A stretch of DNA of 64,000 nucleotides from Lytechinus pictus. Lineage: Eukaryota. Position 1 is the first letter of the stretch; each line of letters begins with the position of its first letter. Position numbers and translations under genes: made by a program. This document shows, one piece after another, positions 63,491-64,000 of the stretch. The stretch is from the NCBI RefSeq assembly GCF_037042905.1, contig NC_087251.1:15874001-15938000 (forward strand). Reading direction: 5' to 3'. The notes under the pieces are model-generated. The model was not told the origin of the DNA. It saw only the letters and a program-made list of their open reading frames with translations, and made no database searches.

Positions 63491-64000
63491 TGCTACGATG
63501 AAGTGACACATCATGGAGTGAGAGCACCGTCGGGTTTGGTACATTTCTACAAAAACTTATGTCCATTGTGGAACACTTTGACCTTACCATGTGACCTCCG
63601 ACTGCAGCATAACATGCAGGTCGCCTAAGTACATCTACCATCCAAGTTTGGTTGAAAAGTGACTTACAGTTGCGGAGTTAGGTGTGCTGCCAGGCCATCT
63701 GGCAACGATGCTTGTTATTTTCCCAGCCTGATCACAAACAACCTAGCAGAAGACAAAAGAGGAATATCAAATCTTACATTCATAACTGTCTCTATATCGT
63801 TCTGGGCACTTAATTTTCAATTTTCTTTGGGACATCCAATGGGAGCACACAACAATTGAGTTTTGCAAGTTTATCACATATTTGGAATGCAATTTTAACA
63901 TGCATGCACATAAAAATTATTGGTGTGCTTTCCATGTTAGGTTGATTTATCCAACAATCACCCCACCCATCCACTGCTTCCATTGCTCAGTACTTGGAAA

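Overview
AT-rich, intron-containing animal genomic DNA. The calmodulin sequence and repeat types suggest an echinoderm such as a sea urchin (inference). Three spliced protein-coding genes can be built on the + strand: (1) a canonical invertebrate calmodulin, coding exons 2-6 at 1544-7091, with the ATG exon not found in the window; (2) a tandem, divergent calmodulin paralogue at 27632-33035 (149 aa, 9 substitutions, GC-AG last intron); (3) a three-exon gene at 42613-48805 for a secreted/GPI-type Ly6/uPAR three-finger protein with a 12-Cys LYPD1/LYPD6-like pattern. The rest is transposon debris: L2/CR1-group LINE fragments, Ty3/Gypsy remnants, a decayed pogo/DDE-1 transposase, Helentron-associated (DINE/HINE-like) elements and many MITEs, often nested. 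The most striking observations are a ~399-bp repeat inside (TA)n, present in tandem and inverted copies, that carries a full tRNA cloverleaf with a UCA (opal-reading) anticodon and its own Pol III terminator; near-perfect identity of exon 3 alone between the two otherwise diverged calmodulin genes; and an opposite CpG signature in the two paralogues. All alignments, counts and folds were done by eye; no searches were run.
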